Below, piece by piece: positions 34,511-47,296 of a DNA stretch of 64,000 nucleotides; position 1 is the stretch's first letter; each line of letters starts with the position of its first letter. The stretch is from positions 88,040,001-88,104,000 of the forward strand of contig NC_058368.1 of the NCBI RefSeq assembly GCF_018350175.1, given 5' to 3'. The notes beneath the pieces are model-generated. The model was not told the DNA's origin and searched no databases. It was given only the letters and a program-made list of their open reading frames with translations. The position numbers were made by a program, and so were the translations under genes. The stretch comes from Felis catus. Lineage: Eukaryota.

Positions 34511-37500
34511 AGCTCCAGATGACAGCCGCCCAGCTCTGCGCCCACCCGACCACCCCCAGCATGCCCAGCAGGACCCACCTCCTGGTGGGATGCAGACTCA
34601 GGGACCAGCCTGGGGCGGTTCCAGAAGAGCCCGCAGGGGGTGGTAATCCTGCTCGCTCCCCACTCTCTGAGCACTAAATCCCTCCCAAGGCAGCCAGCCC
34701 CGCCCACTGAGCACAGGAAAAGGCCACTCCTCAACTCACCCACCCAGACACCTCGTGCTCAGGACACGTGAGCAGGGCCAGGTGCAGACTTGGGGGCTGG
34801 GGCACCCCTGGCGCACAGGGGCACTCAGGGGGACTTGTGCTGGGCTGGTGCAGCTCCCTCCTCTGCCAGCCCCTGCAGGGCTTCATCTGGGGGCCCCCAA
34901 GGTGGCTGGCAGACTCCCCTTGGCTGCCCTGTATCCCAGCCAGGGCGGCCTGTCTGCAGGTCCCTGGGCGGGCCCCGATCTCCTAATCCTCGATGTAGGC
35001 CAACACAGTAATCTGGCTAAAGCACCGCTATTCTGAGACCACCTCACCTTATGGACAAGCCCTGAGGAGGATGGGGGGGAAAGGGACCCTCTGCTGGAGA
35101 CACAACAGGCAGGGACCTGGAAGAAGCCGTCAACATGCTGATGAGCATCGCCTTCAGGTGACGCCTCTTCCAGGTGTCCTTCCCAGCAAGGATCCCACTG
35201 GACCCCCAAGTGAACTCTGGTGGTCCTGCCTTCCTGCCCACAGGCCCAGGCCCACTGCAGCTGCCCTCTCCTTGGCAGGACAGCCCTGGGTGTGTCTGGG
35301 GATGGGAGTGGAGGGAGGGGTCTGTCCGTCCCACACCTGGCCCTGGCCCTCCACCTAGGTCTTCCTGGGAGCCTGTGGTGTGTTGGTGCCTTGGGAACAC
35401 GAGTTCCTCTGGGCAGGGCGGCCCAGAGGGGACACAGGGTGGTGGTCAGGGAGCTGAGCAGGAGGATGCCCAGATCCTGTTCACAGCAGCACATGTATGG
35501 GGAACCTGTGGACCCATCTCAGAGTGTTCCCTCTAGGGATTCTCCACCACGGACCTCATGAGGCAGGTGCCTCTGCCCCAGGATGCCCCCTCCCCCACAC
35601 ACCTGCAAGCACCCTGCAGCCCCCAGCGGTAAACTCCCCGGTGGTGCCAGCCCTGCAGCTCCGACATCCCAGGACTGCAAACGCACCAGGAGAGACACGT
35701 CTTCAGTGAGGGCCAGACTGCACACATGGAAGTGCCACATGGTCTTACTCACCACCCCACCCTCCACCCTGTCCCAGGCGTGTGTGTCCCAGAGCCCCAC
35801 CCTCCAGGCCTCCTCCCCGTCGGCCCGAACTGGCCGCCATGCCATGGGCAGCAGGTGCACACTCAGAGTGGGCTGAAGGCAAGAGCGGCCTGCCTGGCTC
35901 TGAAGCAATGCCACACCCTGCCAGCCTCCCCCGGCAGGGGCATCCTCCTGGGCCCCACCTGACTCTCAAGCCCAGGCTCCAGACCTCCCTGTTGCCCTCC
36001 CTCAAGGGCTAAAACCCTGACAGTGTGGGGTGGGAACACCGTCTGGCCAGCCATGGCCATGCTGCAGGGGTGGGGTCTGGCCAGCCAAGAGCACTAAGTC
36101 CTTCCTGACGTGGGGCCCACGGAGCTGAGCTCCCTCACCCCAACACAGGCCACTACCTGGCCCCCATGTCCAGTGGCTATGGTGGCACAGTCCTGACAGA
36201 AGCCACCTTTGACAGGACCACACCAAGCTGGGATGGGACTGGAGGCCCCAAGGCCCCAGCTACACTCAAGTGTGTCCTCTTGTGAAGGAGGCCGCCCAAG
36301 TGGATCTGGACCAAAAGGGCTGGTCATACCTGTCCCCAAAAAGGCTGCATGGGCAGGACTGTGTGTGGGGTACAACCAAGCCAAGAGGCCCTGAGAAACC
36401 GCATAGCTCTCAGGATACCCACAAAGTGGCTGATGTCTTCTTCCCCACTTCCAGTCCCCAGTGGGGTAGGACCAGTCCCTCCTTGAGAGGAAGCTGGGCT
36501 GTCTGACACTGTGCAGGACTCTGGCACCTGGCCAGGGCCTGGGGCATAAGAACTAGAGAGCAGGAAGGAGCCCAGGCCCTCCAAGGGGAGAGACCATCCT
36601 TCTCCTAGAGACTGGGGTCTTGTCCTTGCACTCCTAATCGTTATCAGGACGCCCCCTTCCTTCCTGCTCCTCTTTCCATCGTCTGGATCTTCTTTCTTGG
36701 CAACACAACACTCAGCAAAAAGCAGAAGCCAACTGTTCACTTCTTTAAAAAAAAAAAAAGGAAAATGGGCGTGGCCAAAAAAGAAACCTATGTAGAGTCT
36801 TAACCTTCAGAACTGCCAGAACTTGATACCTCTTAACTGCTGCCCCACTGGCTCCAGCCAAAGATGAAGCACCCATACAATGTGTTCCCAGGACTGAAGA
36901 AAGCCCCACCTGGGCTGTGAGAGGGCCTGCTGTGTGCAGCTGACGTGGGAGGTTCCCACAAGGGGGCAGCACGGGGCACACTCATCCATCGGTGGTGAGA
37001 TAGGAAAGCACATGCATCCCAGGCCCCTCCTGGGGATGAAAGCCAGGGTCCCCCCCACCCCCACCCCCGGGGTCCCTCACGACCAGCCCATGGTCCAGGA
37101 TATGTAAGACTGACAGAAGAGTGTCCACAAGTCCGCGCTTGGGAGGTGTGCTGCCCAGGAGCCTTGTAGGGGACTCACATAGCTACATCTTGGCCAGTGT
37201 TCTCCCCGCCCCATGGGCCCTACCCTGTGGGCCCTACCCCACACTGGCCACTAACACCTCAGCTCCCAGCTGCCCTTCTTTCCCGTGGAACAGTGACGTG
37301 GCTTGCCTCCCTGCTCCTCCCCAAACCAGCACCCCCAATGACCTAGGCTCACTCCCTCTCCTGTTCCCAAAGTAGCGTCTAATCACACCACACGCGCAGT
37401 TTCCAGCAGCCCAGACTAAAGCGTCGGGTACTGACAGAAGCTGAGCTCCACCTAGGACGCCCATAAGCCACAAAGGTTTGCCACCAACTCCCTGCTCCGC

Positions 37501-38327
37501 ACAGCCTCGGGGCGCTGGACCCTGGGGGCAGGCCAGGAACCCACAGCAATCCCGGGGGGCGGGGGGGAGGTGCGGGAGACCTCCGAGGGGCCAGCTCCAT
37601 CTGTCCAGGACCCCCCTGGGTTTGCCCTCGGAGGAGGGAGCTGAAGCACAAAGAGCCAGACTACCAGGAGAGTTTCCCTTCTTGAGCCCAGGGAAGACTG
37701 TGGGGGCTTTGCGTGGCGGCCACAGACGGGCCTTCAGAACCCTCTTCTCCCAGAGTCTCCGGCTGTGCTGTGCGGCCCACCTTGGGGAGGAGTGTCAGGC
37801 TGCTCCCCCTCTCTGCCCCTCCGCATGCAGCAGGGTCCACAACGGCATCCAGCGTGAGGTCCTCAGGCCGCGGGGGATTTACAAGCTGTCTGGAGCTTCA
37901 CGAGCCAGGAGAATCCCCTCCTACATTTTGAGAACTAACACAGGGAACCAGCTTTTAATTCCTCTACACAAGAGCAGCAGCTGCCAGAAGCACCTGCGCT
38001 GCGCGGAAACGGGCGCGCGTACGCGAGAAGGGCGGCCCGTGACAGGGGCCGAACTACATTCATGGACAAGCACACTGCTCACGGGGACCGCGGCCGGCCA
38101 GCCCTGGGGCGGCCCGCAGGGGCCCCAGGACACGACCCCGCGTGCTAAACCCCCGAGTCTCCGCGACAGCGGCGTCACCAGTGCGACGGGAGGGCTGACC
38201 GCGAACGGACCCCGATCCAGCCCCGCGGCCTGCGCGCGCCCCGACGTTCGCCCGCCCGCTGCTCACCGTCCGAGGGGACGCGGCCCAAGGCGGCCGCCGC
38301 CAGCCCGGCCAGCGGGCGTCGCAGCAT
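31430..38327 (-). CDS. GUK1: Guanylate kinase 1; 219-aa long form (198 aa from the ATG at 34050); coding exons 38327-38267, 34052-33939, 33701-33660, 32909-32813, 32088-31950, 31863-31779, 31663-31578, 31465-31430
   Basis: P-loop [12 protein letters not shown]-binding segments [20 protein letters not shown] and [10 protein letters not shown], then LDVDLQG and [10 protein letters not shown]. Exons total 660 nt in phase with GT-AG junctions. Exon 1 encodes the leader [20 protein letters not shown]. Confidence 0.97.
33103..33395. repeat. 29-bp minisatellite in a GUK1 intron, 10 copies
   Basis: 'acact(g/a)' recurs at 33112, 33141, 33170, 33199 ... 33373. Unit 'ggggcctggacactgccggcctgggcagg'. Confidence 0.95.
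34470..34509. repeat. Poly-G homopolymer (40 nt)
   Basis: Uninterrupted G run. Confidence 0.95.
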
Positions 38328-38900
38328 GAGGGACCGCCTCCACCGCCCGCTTGCGGGGCTACGTCAGCGCCGCGCCAGCCCGCCTCCGTCCGCAGCGACC
38401 TACGTCACGGCGCCGAGCCGGCCCGCTGGCGCCCGCAGAGGTCAACGTCACTGAGCATCGCCGGGCCGTGTCAGTACGTAATAGTACGGCGCCGGCCTCG
38501 CCCCGCCCCTCGTCCGTGGTGTTAGCGCCGCGAGACGCGACGCCTGCGCAGGACGGCGCGTTGGGTTAGCCCAGAGTGTGTGCGCTGTACCTGCGGTCGC
38601 CTTCGTTCCCCAGTGGCCGGCGGAAGCCCGGACGCTGGGAGTCGAGGTTGCTCCGGTGAGCAGGGCAGGGTGGTGCCGGAAAGGCGCGGGCGTCGCGGGG
38701 TGGGAAGGACTTTCCCCGAGGGAGGGTCCGAGCCCCGCCGCCGGCCCTCGAGGGCGACAGAGCATGGGGGGGGGGGGGGGGCATCCGCTTGGATAGTTCG
38801 TTTTCCCGCGAAGTGGCTTCCTGAGGCGGTGGGAGGCCTGCAGATACCCTTGCCCATCAGGTAGGGGACCCCACAGCAGAGCTGCGCATCTCGGCCGGGA
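37980..38900. promoter_or_regulatory. CpG island shared by divergent GUK1 and MRPL55 5' ends
   Basis: CpG-dense. GUK1 ATG at 38327 (-). ACGTCA at 38361, 38402 and 38445. E2F-type TTTCCCGC at 38802-38809. Plus-strand donor CAG|GTAGGG at 38860/38861. Confidence 0.8.
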
Positions 38901-39430
38901 GGTCTCTCTGCCAGGGATCTGAGTGTCCGACATCCCAGGCAGGGGTTGGGCTGTCAAATTCCTGGCTTGTCGTACACGGATCTCTGCACCGACGGTTTCC
39001 TGGGGGTCAGGGCTCAGGGACAGTAGTTACAGGTCTCGGCTCTCCTTTTATAATCCCGACATCGCGGGGTGTCGTGAGAAGTAGGTGACCTTGGGAACCA
39101 GGGAAACCCCCAAGGTGCATCCTCAGAATGGCTTCCCTGCGTCTGTAACCCACTACCGAGAGTCTGGGCCCTGCCGTAGACTTACGGACTCAGGCTTGGG
39201 AGGTAGGACCTGGGCATCCGGAGTTCAGGAACCCCACCCCCCACCCCCACCCCCACTCCCACGGATGATGCTAATGGTAAGTCAGGGCTGAGATCCTGAC
39301 GGTTTACTGGGAGGGACTGGCAGAAACCCGGTGATAACTTCCTTGTTGTAGACGTCCTTAGGTCTGTGGTTTCTTCCTGGCTGGGATTTGATGGTTAGGT
39401 GGGAAACCTTGTCTTTTAAAAAACTCTCAA

Positions 39431-39600
39431 GGGGCGCCTGGGTGGCTCAGTCAGTTGACCATCTGAGTCTTGATTTCAGCTCAAGTCATGATCCTAGGGT
39501 TGTGGGTTTGAGCTCTGTGTCTATTCTCTCTCTGTTTAAGTTTCTCTCTCTCTGCTCCTTTCCCCTATCTCTCTCTGAAATAAAAACCTAACACATAAAT
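39431..39600 (+). mobile_element. Can-SINE (older subfamily)
   Basis: 'ggggcgcctgggtggctcagtcagttga...ttgatttcagctcaagtcatgatc', CT tract and A tail. Confidence 0.85.
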
Positions 39601-39700
39601 AACTAGTCAATCAGTGTTTTTTCTTCTTGTCCAGCAGGTTGCACACCAGGCCAGTGGCTGATCCTGAGCCTCCATGTACCACAGGGGCCCCCCGGGAAGA

Positions 39701-42235
39701 ATGGCCACCATGGGCAGTCTGCTTGGGTAAGCAGGGACTTCCAGGCCCCTAGGGACTGCTGTCATGGGGCCGCCTAGCCAGCGTGTTTATCTGAAGAGTA
39801 TGTACAAGTACATACAGATGATATGGTAGGTGTCAAGGGCAGAACAGAAGCGACTTGTGAGCACTTAGCAGCAAACACATGGTGGTGGTGGTGACTTTCC
39901 TATTCAGATCACACAGCCCAGCCTGACTCTGGGTCCTTCCCACTGCTCCCACTGGAACTGTGTCCTCATCTGCCCTTCCCCTGATGTCGTGTCCTCCCCC
40001 TGATGAGAAGTATGGTGTGATCACAGTGTTGCCACAGAGCTAAAGGAGAGCAGGGTCCTAGTCGATTCTGTGGCATCTAGGGAGAGGGATGGGGCACCGG
40101 AAGCTGCGGGTAGTGTGAAGCTAGGTAAGGGACTCCAGTGCAGCATTCCCAAGAAAGTTCATGTTAGAAACGCTGTTACTGTGAGGGAACACCCAACATC
40201 CCTTCCAGCCCTTCTGGAAGCCTCCCCAGTCCACCAACCCAGGGTCCTCCGAGGTGACTGTGTCCTGTCCACCATCTGCATGACTGATGGCAGGGACTGG
40301 CTTTCTGTTGCCATACTGAGTGCCCAGTGACTTAACAGCAGATGCAGTGTGGTTCTCGCCCTGAGAACAGCAGTCTTGGGGAGGAGATGTACCCTCGGCC
40401 TGAGGGCTTGCTGGGAAAGCTGGGTGTGGTAGGAGCTCCACACAAGGCAGGTGGCACTGTGCCAGGCTGTGAGGTTGCAGGACACGCGGTCAGCCTGCCT
40501 TGTGGAAGGGGCAGGCCTGAGAGCTGAAAGACACCCCCACCTGCAGAGTACGGGGTCTCCGTGAGAGCCGATGTGGGGACCAGGTGGGAGGTGTGGGCTG
40601 GATGGGGCTGCTCATGCAGCGAGAGCCTTGGCAAAGTCAGGTGGGGAGCTACTGGGATGCCTGCCTGCCATGGGCGTGTGAAAGAACACGGGGCAGACAG
40701 GGCCATCTCTGGCATACAAGACATTTCAGGGAGTTCTCGAACTCTGCCGTCGGTCAGGTGCCCTCATCCTCAGACCCGGGCTAGAGCCGAGTGTGCAGGA
40801 AGGGTAGACTGGAGTAGACCTTGGGGGTCGTGCGGCCCAGCAGAGTGGGGTGACTGGGGCTTCCCTTGTCCTGTCACTGGAGAGCACACGCCCTGCTGTA
40901 CGGAGGGAGACCGATTATCTGCCGCACTCAGAAGCCAGGTGGGCTCTGGGTATCTCGGTCCACTTGTGCTGCCCCAGCAGCAGGCCACGGGGGCTGGGAG
41001 TGGGGAAGCTGGAAGTCTGAGCTCAGGGTTCTGTGGAGGCCTGTCTTCCTGGTTCCAAGTCCTCACAGCAGTGTTCCGGTCTCTTGCCTTATAGGGGCAC
41101 CGGTCCCACTGTGAGGGCCCTTGTGACCTCCTCTCACCCTAACCACCTCTGAGAGGCCCCACTTCCAACAGCACATCATGGGAGTCGGGGCTTCAGTGTC
41201 AGAATCCGGGGGAGACACGAAGGTCCGGGCCACAGCACTAGGTCTCTGTTCCCCTGGAAGTCTGGTTCCTGCCCGATGCTGGCGTCCAGTGCCTGAACTG
41301 TACAGCCAGTCCTCACCAGGGATGGTGCCTGAAGCCCACTGGGGTCTGCGCTGCCGACCTCTGCCTTCACACCTCTGAAAGCCTCGTGATCTTGCCCAGC
41401 TGCTATGACCATGCCCTGTTCTGGTGCAGGTCACTGTGTGCACCCTTGGGAGCTGGACACCTGGGCCCTATGGGTACTCCAGTCCCCGCACCAGCCACTG
41501 ACCCGCGCACATGCGCGTCTGTGTCTATAGCCTACTGCGGCAGCACGTGCTGATGGGGGCTGCCCCTGCGTGTCGCCACCTGCACCTGTCCTCCCAGATC
41601 GCTGACAGCAACAGGGCCTCACTCACACGCGTGCGCCGGCAAGCCTATGCGCGCCTCTACCCTGTGCTCCTGATCAAGCAGGATGGCTCCACCATCCACA
41701 TCCGCTATCGGGAGCCACGGCGAATGCTTGAGGTGGGTCTCCCTCCCCTGTACTCCCTGGGGTGTGGGTCCTGGCAGGCTTGGCCATAGCAGCTGCTCCT
41801 GCAGGAGCTGTGGCCTCAGCACCCATGGTAGCCTAATGGGTGAGGGGAGACGGGGGCCATGAGGAGAGGGAGGAGGGAGAGTGGACTTAGCTCCACGCGT
41901 CAGGACCAGAGAGCAGCCCTGAGCTGCGTGTCTGACCAGCATCAGTCTTGGGAAAACAACTGAGAGCTTTGAAGGCAGACAAACCTAGCGAAATGTGAAA
42001 ACCTGAACCACACATTGGAGGACAAGGTGAAGCAGAGACAGGGACAAGGCTCTGGGCCCTCTGACCGAGCCCCTCCCCACAGATGCCCGTGGATCTGGAC
42101 GCCCTGTCCCCAGAGGAGAGGAGGGCCCGATTCCGGAAACGCATGGCCCAGCTCACAGAGCAAAAGCAGCAGGAGCCAGAGCTGGGCGACGACTTTGATG
42201 TGGAGCGGTACAAGCAGTTTTGGACCAAAAAGTGA
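39701..42235 (+). CDS. MRPL55: Mitochondrial ribosomal protein L55 (bL31m), 126 aa; coding exons 39701-39726, 41531-41732, 42083-42235
   Basis: [31 protein letters not shown] and [16 protein letters not shown]...[10 protein letters not shown]. Exons of 26+202+153 nt join in phase at GT-AG junctions. Confidence 0.95.
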
Positions 42236-43599
42236 CTGTGCCTGGAAGCTGGCCGGGTTGGGGACACCGTGGGTGGGGAGGGTGAGCCTTTAAACATAGT
42301 GTGTTCACAAAGCCGCCTCTGCCTTGCCTATCCTTCTGGTGTGTGCGTGTCTGGCTTGGGGGTCTCTGTGGCCACAGGGTCAGGTGAGAACTGCAGAGCC
42401 AGCCCTTGGGGCCTGGAGCCCCCTCCCCCCCTGCACTGCCTTCCAGCAGGGCACCACCGGCTCTCCTGGCGGGAGTGTGTCAGCCACAGGGGTGGAAGTG
42501 GGTGGAAGGAGCAGGGTGTCTGGGATCCCTGCTGGTGGCTGGCCCACCCTGCCCAGCACTGAGGCGCTCTCTGCCATACCCAATGCCAACAGGAGGTGCC
42601 ATCGGCCCTGTTGTGGACTCACTCTGCTTGCAGCCCCGCCCGGTGCAGCTACAACAGACCAGCCTTCTGTGGTTGACTGCTACTTTTCCCTCTTGTGGTG
42701 GGTGTCACCTTGGTCAGGCTTTTGCAAGACTGGCGGCTCAAGTCCTAACCTTTCCAAGTGCAGCTGGCCCAGCCCCAGCCTCGGGCTGCCCTTGGGTGTT
42801 GACTGTGGGGTGCTGCCTGACAGATGGTGGGGAAGGTGTTCCCGGCATGACTGGAGAGGGGCGCTGGCGTCTGATTGTGGCTCCCAGAGAGGGATGTAGG
42901 GCTAAGCACCCACCTTTGGACTCCTGAGTCCCCACTGGTCCACTGAGCACATTGGCCCTGAACAGGTTTACAGGGACATGCACCGTCCCTGCACCTGTGC
43001 CTGCCCTCCAGCTCCCTGCTTGTGAGATGCCCAGTGGCGTTGTCTGATCCCAAGGTAGCCAGGACGTTTCTGAAGATGGCAAGGCACTTTACCTGAAGTG
43101 GGGTCACAATGATGGATGCAGGAGATTTGTAGCCAAAAGGCAAGGGTGGGTGTTGGTGATGAGAAATTACTAAGAGGAATCACCCAGGTAGGGAGCGTTC
43201 TGGCAGATGCCACCTAATGGGATCATTGCTGAAGGCAGGCTTGGGAGTAGCCCCACATCTGCATGGGATCCTGCTGAGATACTGAGGCGGGGGGTGGGGG
43301 GCGGGGAGGAGGCGGGCCTGGGCAAGCTGACCAGGGGTCATGGGATCCTGCTGGTACTGAGGGCAGGGGTCTGGGCAAGCCGGACCGGAGGCCCAAGGCC
43401 TGGCTGGAGAGCTCTGGAGACCTGAGCAGTCTGGTCAAGCAGAGAACTCCATCCGCGCTACAACCTTCGAGGACCCAGGACTTCCTATACACGGACCCCC
43501 AACTCCCGACCTCCGCAAGTACCACCCCCCCTTCCAGGCCCATTTGGGGACTTCAAACTTTGTGCTGACGGCTTCCAGTGTCCAGCCCTGGTGGCTGAC

Positions 43600-44316
43600 C
43601 CTGCCTGGCCAACCACAGTCGGCCCCCGTGGCCCACGCGCTCCCCAGAGGAGCCTGCGGTCTCAGACCTGCGCTCTGCGCTCCCGCGCTGGAGCCCCCAC
43701 GGGGCAACCCCCGGCCCAGGGGAGGCGTCGGCTCTCCGGGCCACACGTGGGGAAGCCCAAACTCCAAGACGACTTAGCGGCAGTGCACGACGCCGCAGGG
43801 GTGCCTAGGGAGCTTCCTCCGGATCCGAGCCGCTTCGAGCCGCCCCCTTCCGGGACTGCTGATCCAGGCGGCGAGCCTGGACCGCCAGGAGCCTAGGTGC
43901 GCGCTTGGAGACCCCCCCCCCCCCGATCTCCGGGGGCGCCGGTCGGGGGTTCCCAGGGGCCGCCCCTCTCCCAGCGCAGCCCTGGACCCCGGCGTCAGCC
44001 GCCCAATGTGGCTCCTAACAACAGCCGTACGCCTAACAACAGCCAGCGGTACGCTCAGGGCCACGCCCAGCGCCGTGGACCGCTCCTTCCCCAGGGCGGG
44101 GCGCAGGCGCGCTGAACGAACGCCAGGGGAAGTGGAGCAGTGAGCCGTGCGCAAGCGCGCCAAACATTGGCGCGGGGGAGGAAGCAGTGCGCATGCGCGC
44201 GTGGCGCTGCGGAGCCAGCGCGGGTGTGACGTTCAGGCACGCGACGCAGGAGCGGGCGCCGGCGGCGGCGGCGCCGCCCGGGGCGGCGAGGCCGGGGCTT
44301 CGGACGGCCGGAAACC
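43600..44316 (+). promoter_or_regulatory. C1orf35 CpG-island promoter
   Basis: NRF1-type sites GCGCAGGCGC 44101-44110, TGCGCAAGCGC 44148-44158 and TGCGCATGCGC 44188-44198. ETS GGAAGTG ~44128, E2F-like TTGGCGCGG ~44168, GC box ~44095. Confidence 0.8.
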
Positions 44317-46218
44317 ATGTTCGGCTCCAGCCGGGGCGGTGTGCGCGGCGGGCAGGACCAGTTCAGCTGGGAGGACGTGAAGACCGACAAGCAGAGAGAG
44401 AACTACCTGGGTCAGCGCGGTGCCAGGCCCGGGGCTGGGGGGTGCGGGTGCGGGGGGACGAGGGGGCGCGAGGAGCGCGGGAGCTGCACGGGCCTCGGGT
44501 GCGGGGAGCGACGGTGCCGCGCAGACCCCGCGGGCCGAGCCCTCGGCGCTGCATTTCCACAGGCAACTCGCTGATGGCCCCTGTGGGCCGCTGGCAGAAG
44601 GGCCGCGACCTCACCTGGTACGCCAAGGGTCGGGCGGACGGCGCGGGACTGAGCCGGGAGGAGGAGCTGGCGGCCGTGAGGCAGGCAGAACAGGAGGCGC
44701 TCATGGCGGCGCTGTGAGTGAACCCCGCGGGGTTGGGGGAGCTCCGGGTGGGGGGGCGCGGCGGGGACGGAGGAGCAGGGGTCCAGGCGAGGCCGGCCGC
44801 TCCCTGAAGCTCGCGCGCGCCGCCCCCGCAGAGGTTACAAGAACGTGCGGAAGCAGCCCACCGGCCTGAGCAAGGAGGTGAGGTGATCCTCCTGGGGGGC
44901 GGGGGCGAGGCGGAGCAGGGCCGCGAGCTTCCTGCCGCAAGCACCCTCTGGCCCTCCGCGCAGGACTTTGTCGAGGTGTGTAAGCGGGAAGGAGGGGACC
45001 ACGAGGAGAAGGGAGTGGACCGGCTGCTGGGCCTGGGGAGCTCCAGGTGTGTTGCGAGGGGGGTGGACTCTGCCCAAGTTGCCCAAATGGAAGTGCGACC
45101 TGATTAGGGAGGCCGGGATGTTCTCACCAGGGGGGCTTATCACCCGCATTCCCGCAGTGGCTCCGCAGGCCGAGTGGCGTTGTCCCGAGAAGACAAGGAG
45201 GCCGCCAAGCTGGGGCTCTCCGTGTTCACGGTAAGTGCCCATAACACCCGGGGATCCCGCGGTTCAGGGTCAGGGGCTGGCCGTCTCTGCTCGTGGGGCA
45301 CTCCCGTTCCCCGGTCCGGGAAACCGGAGCTGGTCCTCCCCGTTGGCATCCCGGGGCGCCTCCCACGCACCCCCCCCCCCCCAAAGTGGTCTCCCACCGC
45401 AGCACCATCGCGTGGACAGTGGCCGGCTGGCGTCCTCTCCGGCCTCCTCCAGGAAGAAGCCTAGGTCTGAGGACGAGAAGGCGGAGCCGGGGTAAGGGCC
45501 GCCCCCCAGCTCCCAGGGAGAGGATGGGGCTGCACATAACTCCTGGTTCTCTTAGTGGCGCGGCTGCAGGCTGCCTTTGGGTTAGTGCCCTTCCCAGCTC
45601 CTGTCCCTTCTTCCCTCAGGGGCCTGGGTCCCCATTGCTTGCTGGGGTCTCTGGAGGGAGGCGCTCAGGTGGAAGGGCGAGCCCCTGCGCTCTGCTGGTG
45701 CCCTGCATAGGGGGTGTGGGGGTTGTCACCTATCGGGGCATACGTGGTGGGGTGGGGGCCAAGTGGCATTTGCCGCAAGGGACTGTCCCTCGAGCTGCCT
45801 GTACCTGCCGAGCTGCCTGTACCTGCCGCTACTTAGCGGTAGGAGGGTGGTCGGTACCCGGTGCGACCCTCTCACCTCCCAGCACTGTGTGCCCTGCCCC
45901 TTCCTGCAGCCCCGAGGGCCACAGGAAAAGCAGAAAAGAGAAGAAAAAGAAGAAAAAGAAGAAGCACAAGAAAGAGAAGAAGAAAGAGAAGGCACACAGG
46001 AGCAGGGGGACTTCCCCACTGCCCCCAGCTCCTGCTGGGTAGGTGTGCCTCTGCTTTGGGACAGCCTGGCAGGTGGGGTAGGCAGGGCAGCCTCACACCC
46101 ACCCACCGGGTTTCGGTTTCGCGGTCTCCCCAGGCCCGGGCGTCGCAGGCGCGACTCGGACTCCAGCTCCTCCTCACCCAGCTGTAAGAGGCGGCGGCGT
46201 GGCCACCACAGTGACTGA
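44317..46218 (+). CDS. C1orf35: Multiple myeloma tumor-associated protein 2 homolog (MMTAG2), 249 aa; coding exons 44317-44410, 44563-44713, 44832-44877, 44964-45046, 45158-45230, 45403-45491, 45910-46038, 46134-46218
   Basis: N-terminus [53 protein letters not shown] and a Lys-rich C-terminal tract. Eight exons total 750 nt in phase with GT-AG junctions. Confidence 0.96.
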
Positions 46219-46403
46219 AGCCAGACCTGCTGACAGTTTCCAGCCTCCAGCAGACCCCCTCCCCGCCCCCCCTGCAGGGGCCCTGGCCCCAGAGACAGCT
46301 CCTGGCGGGAGGGCAGGGGGCATAGCCTGGGGAGCCCCCGTGCGGCTTTGGGGTGGCCAAGTACAGCTACTTCTATTTTTCTTTAATTCACTCTTTGTAC
46401 TTA

Positions 46404-46409
46404 AATAAA
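46404..46409 (+). terminator. C1orf35 polyadenylation signal (AATAAA)
   Basis: AATAAA 185 nt after the stop, preceded by U-rich sequence and TGTA. Confidence 0.8.
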
Positions 46410-47296
46410 GTTATTTTAAGGGGAAAGTATTTCACACTCAAGGGTAGGTTGTCACATGTTCCAGTAGAAAGGGGCAGGAGAGAGAACATGATGACGGTGT
46501 CGGGTTCCAGTAAGACCAGCCAGAGACCCTGGTGGGCCTGTCCCTGGGCAGTGATGTCAGATGTACCAGGAGACCTGGGTCACATCTCACCCTGGGCGAC
46601 AGGCTGGACATGTAGATCATGAGGGTGAAGACTTGTACCTGGAGTCTCCCCCACCCCACTCCAGGTGCCAAGGGACCTGCCCCCTGGACTCCTTGGAGAG
46701 GGGGGCAAAGTGGGGCACTAGCTCCCTCCCCCAGGCCTCCCCTCCTCTGCAGGGAGGGGACCTCTTACAACCCAGAAGAGTGAGCACAGGACCCAGGCTG
46801 GATCCCTAATAAGGAAATATGCATCTTTTGCTTCGGATTTGAAAATTAAAGACAATTATGTCTGTCTAACCCTGGCCCTGGCTTTTCAACCTGTTAGTGG
46901 AGGGAAGGGCCAGACTGGGCATGCCCAGGGCAAGGGAGCCTGGACTCCAGCCAGTCCATAGTCACAGCCGGCTGGGGAGTCAGGGCACTCAGGATTCAAG
47001 GATGGCCTACATGGCAGCAACACAGAGCTTGGCCAAGGTTTCCTGCCCTCCATCCCCTCAACAGGCCAGGTGATATGGGCTAGAGCAGCCCGCCCCCCCC
47101 CCCCCCCCCCCCCCGGCCCCATGCAGTGACCCTGCTGCCCTTGCCAGCAGGGAGGCAAATGAGGCAGTCACTGCCAGGGCACTGGGCCACGTCCACACCT
47201 GCCACGAAGCCAGTGGCCTGGGTGCCCTGCTCCTGTTCCCAGAGATGAGCTGTGGCTAGTGGCACCAAGCATTGGAGAGCCGTGAACTAGTTAAGA

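Noticed and set aside
45790-45828. Short exact duplications (also ~50479-50510 and ~53095-53130)
   Set aside because: Two-copy intronic slippage events with no further structure.
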